The position numbers and the translations under genes are program-made. A DNA stretch of 20,000 bases from an uncultured virus (IMG/VR IMGVR_UViG_3300029705_003489). Its lineage: Duplodnaviria; Heunggongvirae; Uroviricota; Caudoviricetes. This document shows, in pieces, positions 8,584 to 16,325 of this stretch. The DNA lies in IMG/VR virus record IMGVR_UViG_3300029705_003489; one strand, given 5' to 3'. Below the pieces are notes generated by a model. The model searched no databases, was not told where the DNA came from, and worked only from the letters and a program-made list of their open reading frames with translations. Numbering within the stretch: position 1 is the stretch's first letter; each line of letters opens with the position of its first letter.

Positions 8584-8946
8584 ATGTCAGTGAATTACAA
8601 AATCATTGGTAAACGAGTTAAGGAGGTGCGAAAAAGAAAACAGCTTTCACAGGCAGAATTAGCTGAAATGTCAAATTTATCTACACAATATGTAAGTCAG
8701 ATTGAGACGGCAAAAAAACAAGCCAGCCTGCAGTCGTTGGTAAGCATATCTAAAGCGTTGGAGATTTCACTTGATGAATTGCTGGCCGGTAATCAGATAA
8801 ATCGTCCTACAGAGTACATAAAGGAAGTAGATGATGTGTTCCGAGACTGCAGCAGATTTGAGAAAAGAGTCCTGTATGAAGTGATGAATGAAATCAAACG
8901 TATTTTACGTGAAAATGAAAGTCTGGTTGAGAAAAAAGAGTCATAA
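8584..8946 (+). CDS. XRE-family helix-turn-helix regulator
   Basis: IGKRVKEVRKRKQLSQAELAEMSNLSTQYVSQIETA. AAGGAGGT RBS before ATG 8584. Confidence 0.9.
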   Translation: MSVNYKIIGKRVKEVRKRKQLSQAELAEMSNLSTQYVSQIETAKKQASLQSLVSISKALEISLDELLAGNQINRPTEYIKEVDDVFRDCSRFEKRVLYEVMNEIKRILRENESLVEKKES

Positions 8947-8954
8947 TTGGTCTG

Positions 8955-8990
8955 GGTTGAAAAGATTGGTCACGCACAGTCTTTTCAACC
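8955..8990 (+). terminator. Stem-loop after XRE gene, probable terminator
   Basis: GGTTGAAAAGA...TCTTTTCAACC perfect 11-bp stem; weak U tail. Confidence 0.6.
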
Positions 8991-9031
8991 GTTTATGTAA
9001 TGAAATTAAGGGAAGAATTTGGCATTTTATC

Positions 9032-9060
9032 TTGCATAAGAAAGAAAATATTGTTATTCT
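9032..9060 (+). promoter_or_regulatory. Putative sigma-A promoter for the cargo cluster
   Basis: TTGCAT-N17-TATTCT with an extended -10 TG. Confidence 0.5.
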
Positions 9061-9094
9061 GTAAACAGATATTTTAATAACGTGGAGGACAGAT

Positions 9095-9793
9095 ATGAGC
9101 ATCGAGGAATTCGTAGAAAAATACAAAGATTTTTTTATGGCAACGGAGTTGGATGTAGCTAAATCAATTAAGGGAAAGTGGTATCTGTCTGCATATAACG
9201 AAGAATATTCTTATTACGATTGTTTTGTGGAATTTGAAACTGTGGAAGAACTTGTTGACTTAGTGACGAGAGAATGGGCATTCCTTGTGAATTGTGCCAT
9301 TGATTACGAAACGGATGTTCCAGTATTTGAAAAGAGTATTGTAGACCAGTTGGAATCCTATACGAAACCGAGTATTGAATATGAGGAATTGCTTTATAAC
9401 TTAAAAGCTATTGTGAATAGTGAACTTGGAAATATTGAAATGTTTAAATATTTGGATTCTTTTATTAAACTGAAGCAAAAATTGGGAAATTCAGCCTCAA
9501 AAACTTTTCATGATGAAAATGACGAAGCTTGCATTCGAGTCGGAGAAGAAAACGATGCAAAAGGTAGTGTGGTGTATTATTATTTGCCAGATATAGATGT
9601 TTTAGGTTTGATGATAGGTACAGTTAGTTACATTTATCGAAATGATGATATGTGGGAACCGGACTTTAATAACTGGATTCTTGACCGGATACATGGGTGT
9701 ATGGATTATGGAGCTGATGAAAAGTTGTTTAGGGCAGATCCGGTTAGCAAAGAAGAAGCTAAGAAAATCATGACTGAACTGAAAAATCGATAG
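9095..9793 (+). CDS. Hypothetical acidic protein, possibly two domains
   Basis: 232-aa ORF with GGAGG RBS; no family recognised with confidence. Confidence 0.7.
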   Translation: MSIEEFVEKYKDFFMATELDVAKSIKGKWYLSAYNEEYSYYDCFVEFETVEELVDLVTREWAFLVNCAIDYETDVPVFEKSIVDQLESYTKPSIEYEELLYNLKAIVNSELGNIEMFKYLDSFIKLKQKLGNSASKTFHDENDEACIRVGEENDAKGSVVYYYLPDIDVLGLMIGTVSYIYRNDDMWEPDFNNWILDRIHGCMDYGADEKLFRADPVSKEEAKKIMTELKNR

Positions 9794-9804
9794 AGAGGTA
9801 TAGC

Positions 9805-10416
9805 ATGGGATTAGTGTATACATTTTATTCTCCAAAGGAGGATTGGGAAACAATATCGTTGGTAAAAAATATAGTAAATGCCTTGGGAGGGAAAATAAAA
9901 AGCGAGAAAGGACATATTATTAAAGCATCATGGCGTAGTAAATGTTTTATTACTGTGTTTCCAACCAAGTATACATTTTACATCGGAAAAGATATGGTCA
10001 GGGTGGTTACAGGTAGTAGAAGTGCGGGAAACGGTACTATGCCGATTACCATGCAGGTTACAAATAAAGGTGTGCAGGCAATTTGGGAAGAATTTATTCT
10101 TAAGTTAAGTGAGATGTATCCGAGTGAAGAATTTTGTCTAAAACCGGGAATCGCAACAATTGATTCGATAAAACTGATGTCTGATGGTGTGGAAAAGGTT
10201 TATACTTCATCTACTTGGCACACTGGCACAATTGGAGTTGGTTCGTTGTTCTATGGAGGAGTATCTGTTGGAACTACATCTTCAGATTCGAAATTTTCTA
10301 ATAAGTTTTTAGCACAAGTCCGGTATACCAATGGCCTCACATATGAAGGTGAATTACATAAAAACAGTCCGGCCTATCATGAAATTATGGCAAATTTAAG
10401 TTTATACGAAAAATAG
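9805..10416 (+). CDS. Hypothetical protein
   Basis: 203-aa ORF with GAGG RBS, tightly packed in the operon; Gly-rich C-terminal segment. Confidence 0.7.
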   Translation: MGLVYTFYSPKEDWETISLVKNIVNALGGKIKSEKGHIIKASWRSKCFITVFPTKYTFYIGKDMVRVVTGSRSAGNGTMPITMQVTNKGVQAIWEEFILKLSEMYPSEEFCLKPGIATIDSIKLMSDGVEKVYTSSTWHTGTIGVGSLFYGGVSVGTTSSDSKFSNKFLAQVRYTNGLTYEGELHKNSPAYHEIMANLSLYEK

Positions 10417-10433
10417 ATTGATGGAGGCAATGT

Positions 10434-11780
10434 ATGATTGATTCTGATAAATTATATAAAATTGCGGCAGCAAACATAGCAAATCCATATGCGGATATAA
10501 TTCCATTTGCTCTGCAAGTGGGATATCCAATTATATATTACAGAGGCGTTGCTCTTCAGAAAGATGAAGTGATTTTGTATGTCTTACCGGCCAATGTTTA
10601 TGATGACAAAGAGAAGGTAGTCGGATATACAGGAAGTTCTGCCGGAGTTAGTGTGCGAGTTGCTAAGGGAGTAAGTGTAAGAACCGGAGCAAATAAGGGC
10701 AGACCAGTACGTGGAAATGTACGTGAGTATGCATCAGGTGATTTGGTAATTACAAATAAACGATTGATTTTTGTTGCCCAGAAAAAAGGATTCGATATTA
10801 GTGTTAGTAAAATAACGGCTGCAAAAATACTCGATAAGCAGAGCTTTATGGTACAGACAGGCGGCGTAGCAAAAAATATTATTGTTGATGAAGCATTGAC
10901 TGCATACGCATTGGCACTGATTGATCATGCTGTGAGTTCATATACTAACGGAAAAGATTTGTATAACGGTTATCAGCTTGTGCAAAATAATATGACGGTA
11001 GAGCAAAAGCAGATGTGTGCAGATGTGAAAAAAAGTGCAGAATCCGTAAAAATAAAAAAGAAGAGAGCAAAGAAGGGTGGTTGTTTAATTCCTGTACTGT
11101 GCGTTATTGCAATTTTTGCAGTATGCGTGGTTGTCGGTATTACTTCTTCATCTAAAAATAAAGAAAAGGAACAGCCAGAGGAATCTGTACAATTATCTGC
11201 CCGAACAGATGAGGAACTGATACTTTTGGAAAATCATCCAAGGATATGTGATGAGTTATCGGTGGCTAAGGAATTTGTGGACGGACTATGTGATGACCGA
11301 GTTTGTATTGTGTATACAGAGGCAGGAAAGACAGCGACCATTGATGAGGAAGAACCGTATGAGGATGCAGTTGTTACGTACCATAGAGATGCCTCAACAA
11401 ATAAACACATAGGTTGGTTCGAGATAGAAATAAAGGATAGTGAATTTGCAACTAATATGACTGTAGAGCAGGCAGTGGAAATTGCAATGTCATATTTACC
11501 AGAGAATTTTAAGGAAATTTATCAATGCGATGAATCATATATCCGAGATGGAGAAAAGTCGATTGTGTATACTTATGCCATGAGATTGCACCCTGCCGGA
11601 ATTGAATTTCATAATAACGGCAATCAGCATTATCCGAATTATTTGAGTTTTTATATTGTGGATTATACAGAAGAAAATAAGTGGACAATAAAATGTGACT
11701 TCAGTGCAAACGGTGGTAAAGGAATAGGTTGGATTGAAAAATATGCTGAACCGTGGAATATTACAATTATTGAAGAATAA
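10434..11780 (+). CDS. Single-pass membrane protein with N-terminal PH/GRAM-like domain
   Basis: LQKDEVILY...GSSAGVSVRVAKGVSVRTG...GDLVITNKRLIF is a PH-like pattern. A Lys-rich stretch precedes a TM segment (CLIPVLCVIAIFAVCVVVGI), followed by an acidic domain. GGAGG RBS. Confidence 0.7.
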   Translation: MIDSDKLYKIAAANIANPYADIIPFALQVGYPIIYYRGVALQKDEVILYVLPANVYDDKEKVVGYTGSSAGVSVRVAKGVSVRTGANKGRPVRGNVREYASGDLVITNKRLIFVAQKKGFDISVSKITAAKILDKQSFMVQTGGVAKNIIVDEALTAYALALIDHAVSSYTNGKDLYNGYQLVQNNMTVEQKQMCADVKKSAESVKIKKKRAKKGGCLIPVLCVIAIFAVCVVVGITSSSKNKEKEQPEESVQLSARTDEELILLENHPRICDELSVAKEFVDGLCDDRVCIVYTEAGKTATIDEEEPYEDAVVTYHRDASTNKHIGWFEIEIKDSEFATNMTVEQAVEIAMSYLPENFKEIYQCDESYIRDGEKSIVYTYAMRLHPAGIEFHNNGNQHYPNYLSFYIVDYTEENKWTIKCDFSANGGKGIGWIEKYAEPWNITIIEE

Positions 11781-11789
11781 GGAAAATGT

Positions 11790-12188
11790 ATGGAAAATAC
11801 GCAGATAAAATTAATAGGTTCATCTTTATCGACACGTACAGCGACTATTTTGTGGAGAAACGGAATCTCATATTTACATGAACTCACTAATTACTGTGAA
11901 GAAACATTAGTGGAGTTACGGAATATTGGTCCCAATGCAGTGGAAGAAATTAAGGAGTTTTGTTTCAAATATGGGGTACATATCTTTAACCGAGAAGCAC
12001 TACTTTGTGAGGAGATTGGAATTGAGTTGACTCCGGCAGAGTATGCAAAGGTCTTCAAGTATGGTATATCTGATAAACAGGATTTGTTTGATACAGATGG
12101 TGTTTTACTGGAACGCGAGTTTGGTGCAAATTCGGTTCTGTGCAAAAAACTAAAAAAAATAAAATTGCATATGTATGAAGGACTTTGA
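11790..12188 (+). CDS. Stand-alone RNA polymerase alpha-subunit C-terminal-domain-like (HhH) protein
   Basis: LSTRTATILWRNGISYLHELTNYCEETLVELRNIGPNAVEEIKE matches the alpha-CTD pattern LSVR..N.L.RAGI..V.EL.....E.L...RNLG.KSLEEIK. Confidence 0.75.
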   Translation: MENTQIKLIGSSLSTRTATILWRNGISYLHELTNYCEETLVELRNIGPNAVEEIKEFCFKYGVHIFNREALLCEEIGIELTPAEYAKVFKYGISDKQDLFDTDGVLLEREFGANSVLCKKLKKIKLHMYEGL

Positions 12189-12223
12189 AGTTAAATATTG
12201 AGAATAGGCGAGGAATATTGACA

Positions 12224-13132
12224 ATGAAAAACAAGATTAAAATTATAGCAGTTTCTGTGCTTTTTGTACTAGGATTAGTTGGAATGATAGCTTGCGGTAC
12301 TGATTCAAATAAAACACTACATAATATTGATTTTATTGAGGGCAAGTTGATTAACTACAATGATACGGAATATGCAGCAGCTTTCTTTAATTATACAAAT
12401 GCTAGTGAAGCAACTGCCATGCCTTGTGATTTTATTGATGTAAAGGCTTTCCAGAATGGTATTGAGCTTACAATTAACGTATATACTGGACAAAGGATAG
12501 AGGATGCTATCCAATGTGATACATCAGTCCAATCTGATACAACTGCAAAGGTAATATGGCTTTATGAAATTAGGGATTATTCTATAGTAACCTTAGAAAT
12601 TTCTGATGGAAGCACCTATACATTTGAACTGACGCAGCCGGAGCCAACGGAAATTCCTGTAGAGATAACAGAAGAACCAGAAGTAGACCCAGTTGTCGTA
12701 TTTATGGAAGAAATAGTTGCTGCATTTAATGCACAAGCAAATGAGCAATTAGTTTTTACGGAAGATTTTACACCGTCGGATAAAGAAAATGGGCATTACA
12801 GAACGGAATTTCGTTTAAATGCATATAAGGATGCTCTTGGCAAATCTTACCTTTTAGGGGATAAGGTGGTTGATTTTGTTGCCTCAAAGGATTTCTTTGG
12901 AGATATTTCTTTTAGGGTATATACAAATGATACATCTTGGGAGCAGGTTATATCACTTGTACAGATTATTTCTCCATTAGTAGATAAGGAACTTTCCGGT
13001 GAGGAACTGGAAGCAACGATAAATAAAATCACAGAAAGTAAGTCTGCGAATGGTTTATACTTTGGCAAACTTGGTATGGTTCTGTCTGGCAGTGATGATA
13101 AGGGATACGAATTAATGTTAAAGAACGATTAA
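12224..13132 (+). CDS. Lipoprotein with DUF5067-like Ig-fold domain
   Basis: Signal peptide with lipobox MIAC; FNYTN...VKAFQNGIEL motif; P/E-rich linker. GAGG RBS before ATG 12224. Confidence 0.7.
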   Translation: MKNKIKIIAVSVLFVLGLVGMIACGTDSNKTLHNIDFIEGKLINYNDTEYAAAFFNYTNASEATAMPCDFIDVKAFQNGIELTINVYTGQRIEDAIQCDTSVQSDTTAKVIWLYEIRDYSIVTLEISDGSTYTFELTQPEPTEIPVEITEEPEVDPVVVFMEEIVAAFNAQANEQLVFTEDFTPSDKENGHYRTEFRLNAYKDALGKSYLLGDKVVDFVASKDFFGDISFRVYTNDTSWEQVISLVQIISPLVDKELSGEELEATINKITESKSANGLYFGKLGMVLSGSDDKGYELMLKND

Positions 13133-13142
13133 GAGGCGGATT

Positions 13143-15275
13143 ATGAAAAAAGGAAAGAAACTTTGGTGGATATTATTTGGTTTTACAGCAGTAATGACAC
13201 TATTTTCATTTTCAATAACACCGGATTATGAGGCAAGTGCAAAGGATTTATTTTTGTATCGCTTTAGTGGCGCTCTTTTATTTGGTGTATTTGCAATAGC
13301 TTTTCTCATTCAGACCGATATAGGCGGAATAAAGCAAAAGTTAGGCTTAGAATCCATAAAGAAGAAAGTATTGTTTTGGATTGCTACGGTTGCAGTAAGC
13401 ATAACAGCTTTTGGCGTTGTTGATGGTATGACAAGTGAGGAATTTCGGAATGCAAGAATGTCGCTTACTGTTACGCCGGCTCCAACCGCTGAACCTACGA
13501 TTACAGAAATAGCAGTAAACGTTGATAAAGCGATGCCTACGGATGTTCCAGAACCTACAGGAACGGTAACACCAACGGAAGTTCCTACTCCGATTAGTGA
13601 GCCGACACCAACCAGTGTTGTGAAGGTTGCTACACCAACTCCGACACTTGCTCCGGAAGAGACCGATATTGATGGTTATGTCTTTAATTTTGATAATGCA
13701 GTATTCGAAGTAAACGGATTGGAAATTACTTTCTATTCTGTAGAATTTGAAAAAGAGCTTTCCGTGGGTGGCTATTCTACGATATTTGAATATTCTGTAA
13801 AGAATACTGGTACTACAGAAGCAACTTTAAAATTTGCTACTACAAATCAGTTATATTTTAGTGATGGGGATTTAGCAGTACTTGCAGTACAGGCAATAAA
13901 TTCTTCTAAGCAAGGATATGAAACCAGTTACCGTTTACAACCGGGAGAAGAAACAGAAAAGACTAAAATTCTTTTGACGGCAACTTCCAGTACTACGGAT
14001 GCACGCATTGATGGTATTGATTATCCTAAGATTACTATCGAAAATATTATGTCCACGGAGCCTGTAACGATAGGAATTACTTTTACAGGCTGGGTAAATG
14101 ATAATCAAGAATCTACAAAAGTAACTTTCAATGTCAATGGTGGAGTAGAAGTAAGTCCGATAGATACACCAACTCCTACACCGGAACCTACCAATACACC
14201 AACACCAATGCCAACGGTGGCTCCAACGAATACTCCGGTTCCAGAACCGGAAGTGTCATTAGAAGATAGCTGGTTCTCGGTTATATATTTTAATGTGGGC
14301 CAAGGAGATGCTGCATTGGTTGAATGTGACGGTCATTATATGTTAATTGATGGTGGAACTTCGTCATATTCCAGTACATTATATTCCTACTTGAAAGAAC
14401 AGAAAATTGATACTTTGGATATTGTGGTTGCGTCTCATGCACATAATGACCATGTAGGTGGACTTGCAGGTGCTTTAAATTATGCTAAGGCTGATTTGGT
14501 ATTGTGTCCGGTAACGGAATACGACACGGATGAGTTCCGAGCATTTAAGAAATATGCAGAGAAGAATGGTCCCGGTATTACAGTACCGGAAGTCGGAGAT
14601 ACATATCGGCTAAGTAATGCTACGGTTACAATCAATGGTGTAAATGCCGGTGCTGATAATGATACATCGATTGTTATGACTGTTGAATACAGAGGAGAAA
14701 AATTTGTATTCACAGGTGATGCAGAGTATGCTGCAGAAGTGGCTGCGGTAAAGAATATCGAAGGTCCTGTAATGGCATTAAAGGTAAGCCATCACGGAAG
14801 TGATACATCATCTACATATCAGTTTTTACGTGAAGTTGCTCCGATTTATGCTGTAATTTCATGTGGTTATGGAAATGAGTATGGCCATCCAACAGAAACG
14901 GTGTTGAGCCGACTTGATGATGCAGATGCTGAAATATTAAGAACTGATTTACAGGGAGATATTTATTTCGAATATACCGAAGGTGAGTGGTATTACGGAT
15001 ATGAAACGGAAGTGGATTATGCACTTATTTTAACACCGGGTAGTTCATTTGTGGCTGATACAGGAGACACTGATACAGAAACCACTGTCGATAGAAACAA
15101 CACATCTACTTCTGGTGCAGATTATATCGGCAATGCAAACAGTATGGTATTTCATTATCCGGGATGTTCCAGTGTAAAGCGGATGAAGGAATCTAATAAG
15201 CGCTATTACGAAAATGTAACAAGAGAAGATATGATAAATAAGGGTTATAAGCCATGTGGTAATTGTAATCCGTAA
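13143..15275 (+). CDS. Membrane-anchored ComEC/Rec2-type MBL-fold hydrolase with C-terminal Ada-like Zn-binding domain
   Basis: Three N-terminal TM segments and two PT-rich linkers. MBL motifs NVGQGD, IDGG, HAHNDH, TGD, HHGS, YGHP, RTD..G. C-terminal YIGN...FH.PGC...GYKPCGNCNP. Confidence 0.88.
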   Translation: MKKGKKLWWILFGFTAVMTLFSFSITPDYEASAKDLFLYRFSGALLFGVFAIAFLIQTDIGGIKQKLGLESIKKKVLFWIATVAVSITAFGVVDGMTSEEFRNARMSLTVTPAPTAEPTITEIAVNVDKAMPTDVPEPTGTVTPTEVPTPISEPTPTSVVKVATPTPTLAPEETDIDGYVFNFDNAVFEVNGLEITFYSVEFEKELSVGGYSTIFEYSVKNTGTTEATLKFATTNQLYFSDGDLAVLAVQAINSSKQGYETSYRLQPGEETEKTKILLTATSSTTDARIDGIDYPKITIENIMSTEPVTIGITFTGWVNDNQESTKVTFNVNGGVEVSPIDTPTPTPEPTNTPTPMPTVAPTNTPVPEPEVSLEDSWFSVIYFNVGQGDAALVECDGHYMLIDGGTSSYSSTLYSYLKEQKIDTLDIVVASHAHNDHVGGLAGALNYAKADLVLCPVTEYDTDEFRAFKKYAEKNGPGITVPEVGDTYRLSNATVTINGVNAGADNDTSIVMTVEYRGEKFVFTGDAEYAAEVAAVKNIEGPVMALKVSHHGSDTSSTYQFLREVAPIYAVISCGYGNEYGHPTETVLSRLDDADAEILRTDLQGDIYFEYTEGEWYYGYETEVDYALILTPGSSFVADTGDTDTETTVDRNNTSTSGADYIGNANSMVFHYPGCSSVKRMKESNKRYYENVTREDMINKGYKPCGNCNP
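14161..14250 (+). repeat. Pro/Thr-rich low-complexity linker (TPTPTPEPTNTPTP...); a second one lies at ~13470-13660
   Basis: Translated sequence shows degenerate PT repeats. Confidence 0.7.
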
Positions 15276-15298
15276 CTAACCAAGAGGGAGAAACAAAA

Positions 15299-15634
15299 AT
15301 GAAAAGAATTTATGTAATTTTAGTATCAGTATTATTAGTCATGACTTTGGTAGCGTGTGGAGGTCAGAAAATAACAGTGGATTTTGAAAATGAGGTGGAC
15401 TTCGAAGTTGCGCTTAATGCCGGAGAAGATGTAACTGGAAAAGTTGTGACATTTACTGTTAAGGAACTTGTACCCAATAGTGCATTTGGATATAATCTTC
15501 AAGCAGGAGAGCATTTGAATTTTTGCTCGGAAAAAAATCCAGGTGCAAAGGCGGGAGAGGTCGTAACAGCTAGGGTAACAGAGGTGTCATCTATGCTTGG
15601 TTCATACATAATTACATATGAAATAGTTGATTAA
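15299..15634 (+). CDS. Small lipoprotein, OB-fold-like
   Basis: Lipobox LVAC; GKVVTFTV...GEVVTARVTEV resembles an OB-fold. GAGGGAG RBS. Confidence 0.7.
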   Translation: MKRIYVILVSVLLVMTLVACGGQKITVDFENEVDFEVALNAGEDVTGKVVTFTVKELVPNSAFGYNLQAGEHLNFCSEKNPGAKAGEVVTARVTEVSSMLGSYIITYEIVD

Positions 15635-15725
15635 AAAGTGTTTTACTGCGAATATAACTTGATATTTTCGTTGGATTGAGCGTTACTATGAATACCTAAT
15701 GATAGGTAAGAAAGGAGTATGCTCT

Positions 15726-16151
15726 ATGACAGAAATTCAAGGAATGCAGATTTTGAGTTTACGCAAACAAGGACTTGGTTATAAGCAGATTGCTTCGATG
15801 GTTAGTGTCTCTCGTGATTCTGTTCGCAGTTATTGTAAATGCAGAGGATTGGGAGGATATCAGGCAGCAACACAAGTCAATATGAAAGAACTATTGAAGC
15901 GAGGCGAAGCCTGTAGTTTCTGTGGAGGGACTATCAAGAAAGCAACAACAGGCAGACCAAAGCGATTCTGCTGCGATGAATGCAGAATGAGATATTGGAA
16001 AGGACACCGAAGTGAAGTGAAAAGAAGTCCCAGTGCGATTTATATCCGGGAATGCCCTTACTGTAAGGAGATATTTGAAGTGTATGGTAATAAAACGCAG
16101 AAATATTGCTGCCATGACCATTATATAAAGGACAGATTTTATCAAGAATAA
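15726..16151 (+). CDS. HTH + zinc-finger protein (phage-associated family often labelled 'sigma-70-like')
   Basis: LRKQGLGYKQIASMVSVSRDSVRSYCK HTH, then CSFCG...RFCCDECR and CPYC...KYCCHDHY. AGAAAGGAG RBS before ATG 15726. Confidence 0.8.
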   Translation: MTEIQGMQILSLRKQGLGYKQIASMVSVSRDSVRSYCKCRGLGGYQAATQVNMKELLKRGEACSFCGGTIKKATTGRPKRFCCDECRMRYWKGHRSEVKRSPSAIYIRECPYCKEIFEVYGNKTQKYCCHDHYIKDRFYQE

Positions 16152-16174
16152 AACAGAATAATTCCAATTACGAG

Positions 16175-16224
16175 AAGATGGAACCCCCATTTTTGGGGGT
16201 ATCCATCTTTATCTTTATATCTTT
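16175..16224 (+). terminator. Rho-independent terminator near the element end
   Basis: AAGATGGAACCCCCA-TTTT-TGGGGGTATCCATCTT stem followed by a T-rich tract. Confidence 0.75.
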
Positions 16225-16309
16225 CGTTCTCAGGTGCATAATTCGGGGGAATGTTGTCATATGAACATATATTGCAGAATATCGGAGAAGTAAAAGGGTA
16301 AATATAAAG

Positions 16310-16325
16310 GAATTAGGCGGGCTTG
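16310..16325 (+). other. Predicted attachment-site junction within comEC
   Basis: In-frame TAG-GCG-GGC-TTG-CAT-ATT: a stop codon sits immediately before (A)GLHIS, where ComEC normally has HxxA(I/V)SGLH. Confidence 0.7.

Larger units (their letters stand above)
1..16317. mobile_element. Right-hand part of a prophage-like/composite integrative element inserted in comEC (left end outside the window)
   Basis: Lysin end, three LSRs, XRE switch and AT-rich cargo, then an abrupt junction into the comEC GLH motif. Confidence 0.75.

Noticed and set aside
13143..15275. Beta-lactam resistance gene or replacement comEC
   Set aside because: The motifs are of the ComEC/Rec2 MBL subclass rather than class B beta-lactamases, and the Competence membrane channel domain is absent.
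16213..16309. CTTTATAT / ATATAAAG inverted pair near the junction as a transposon terminal repeat
   Set aside because: Only 8 bp and AT-rich, with no transposase; cannot be distinguished from chance.
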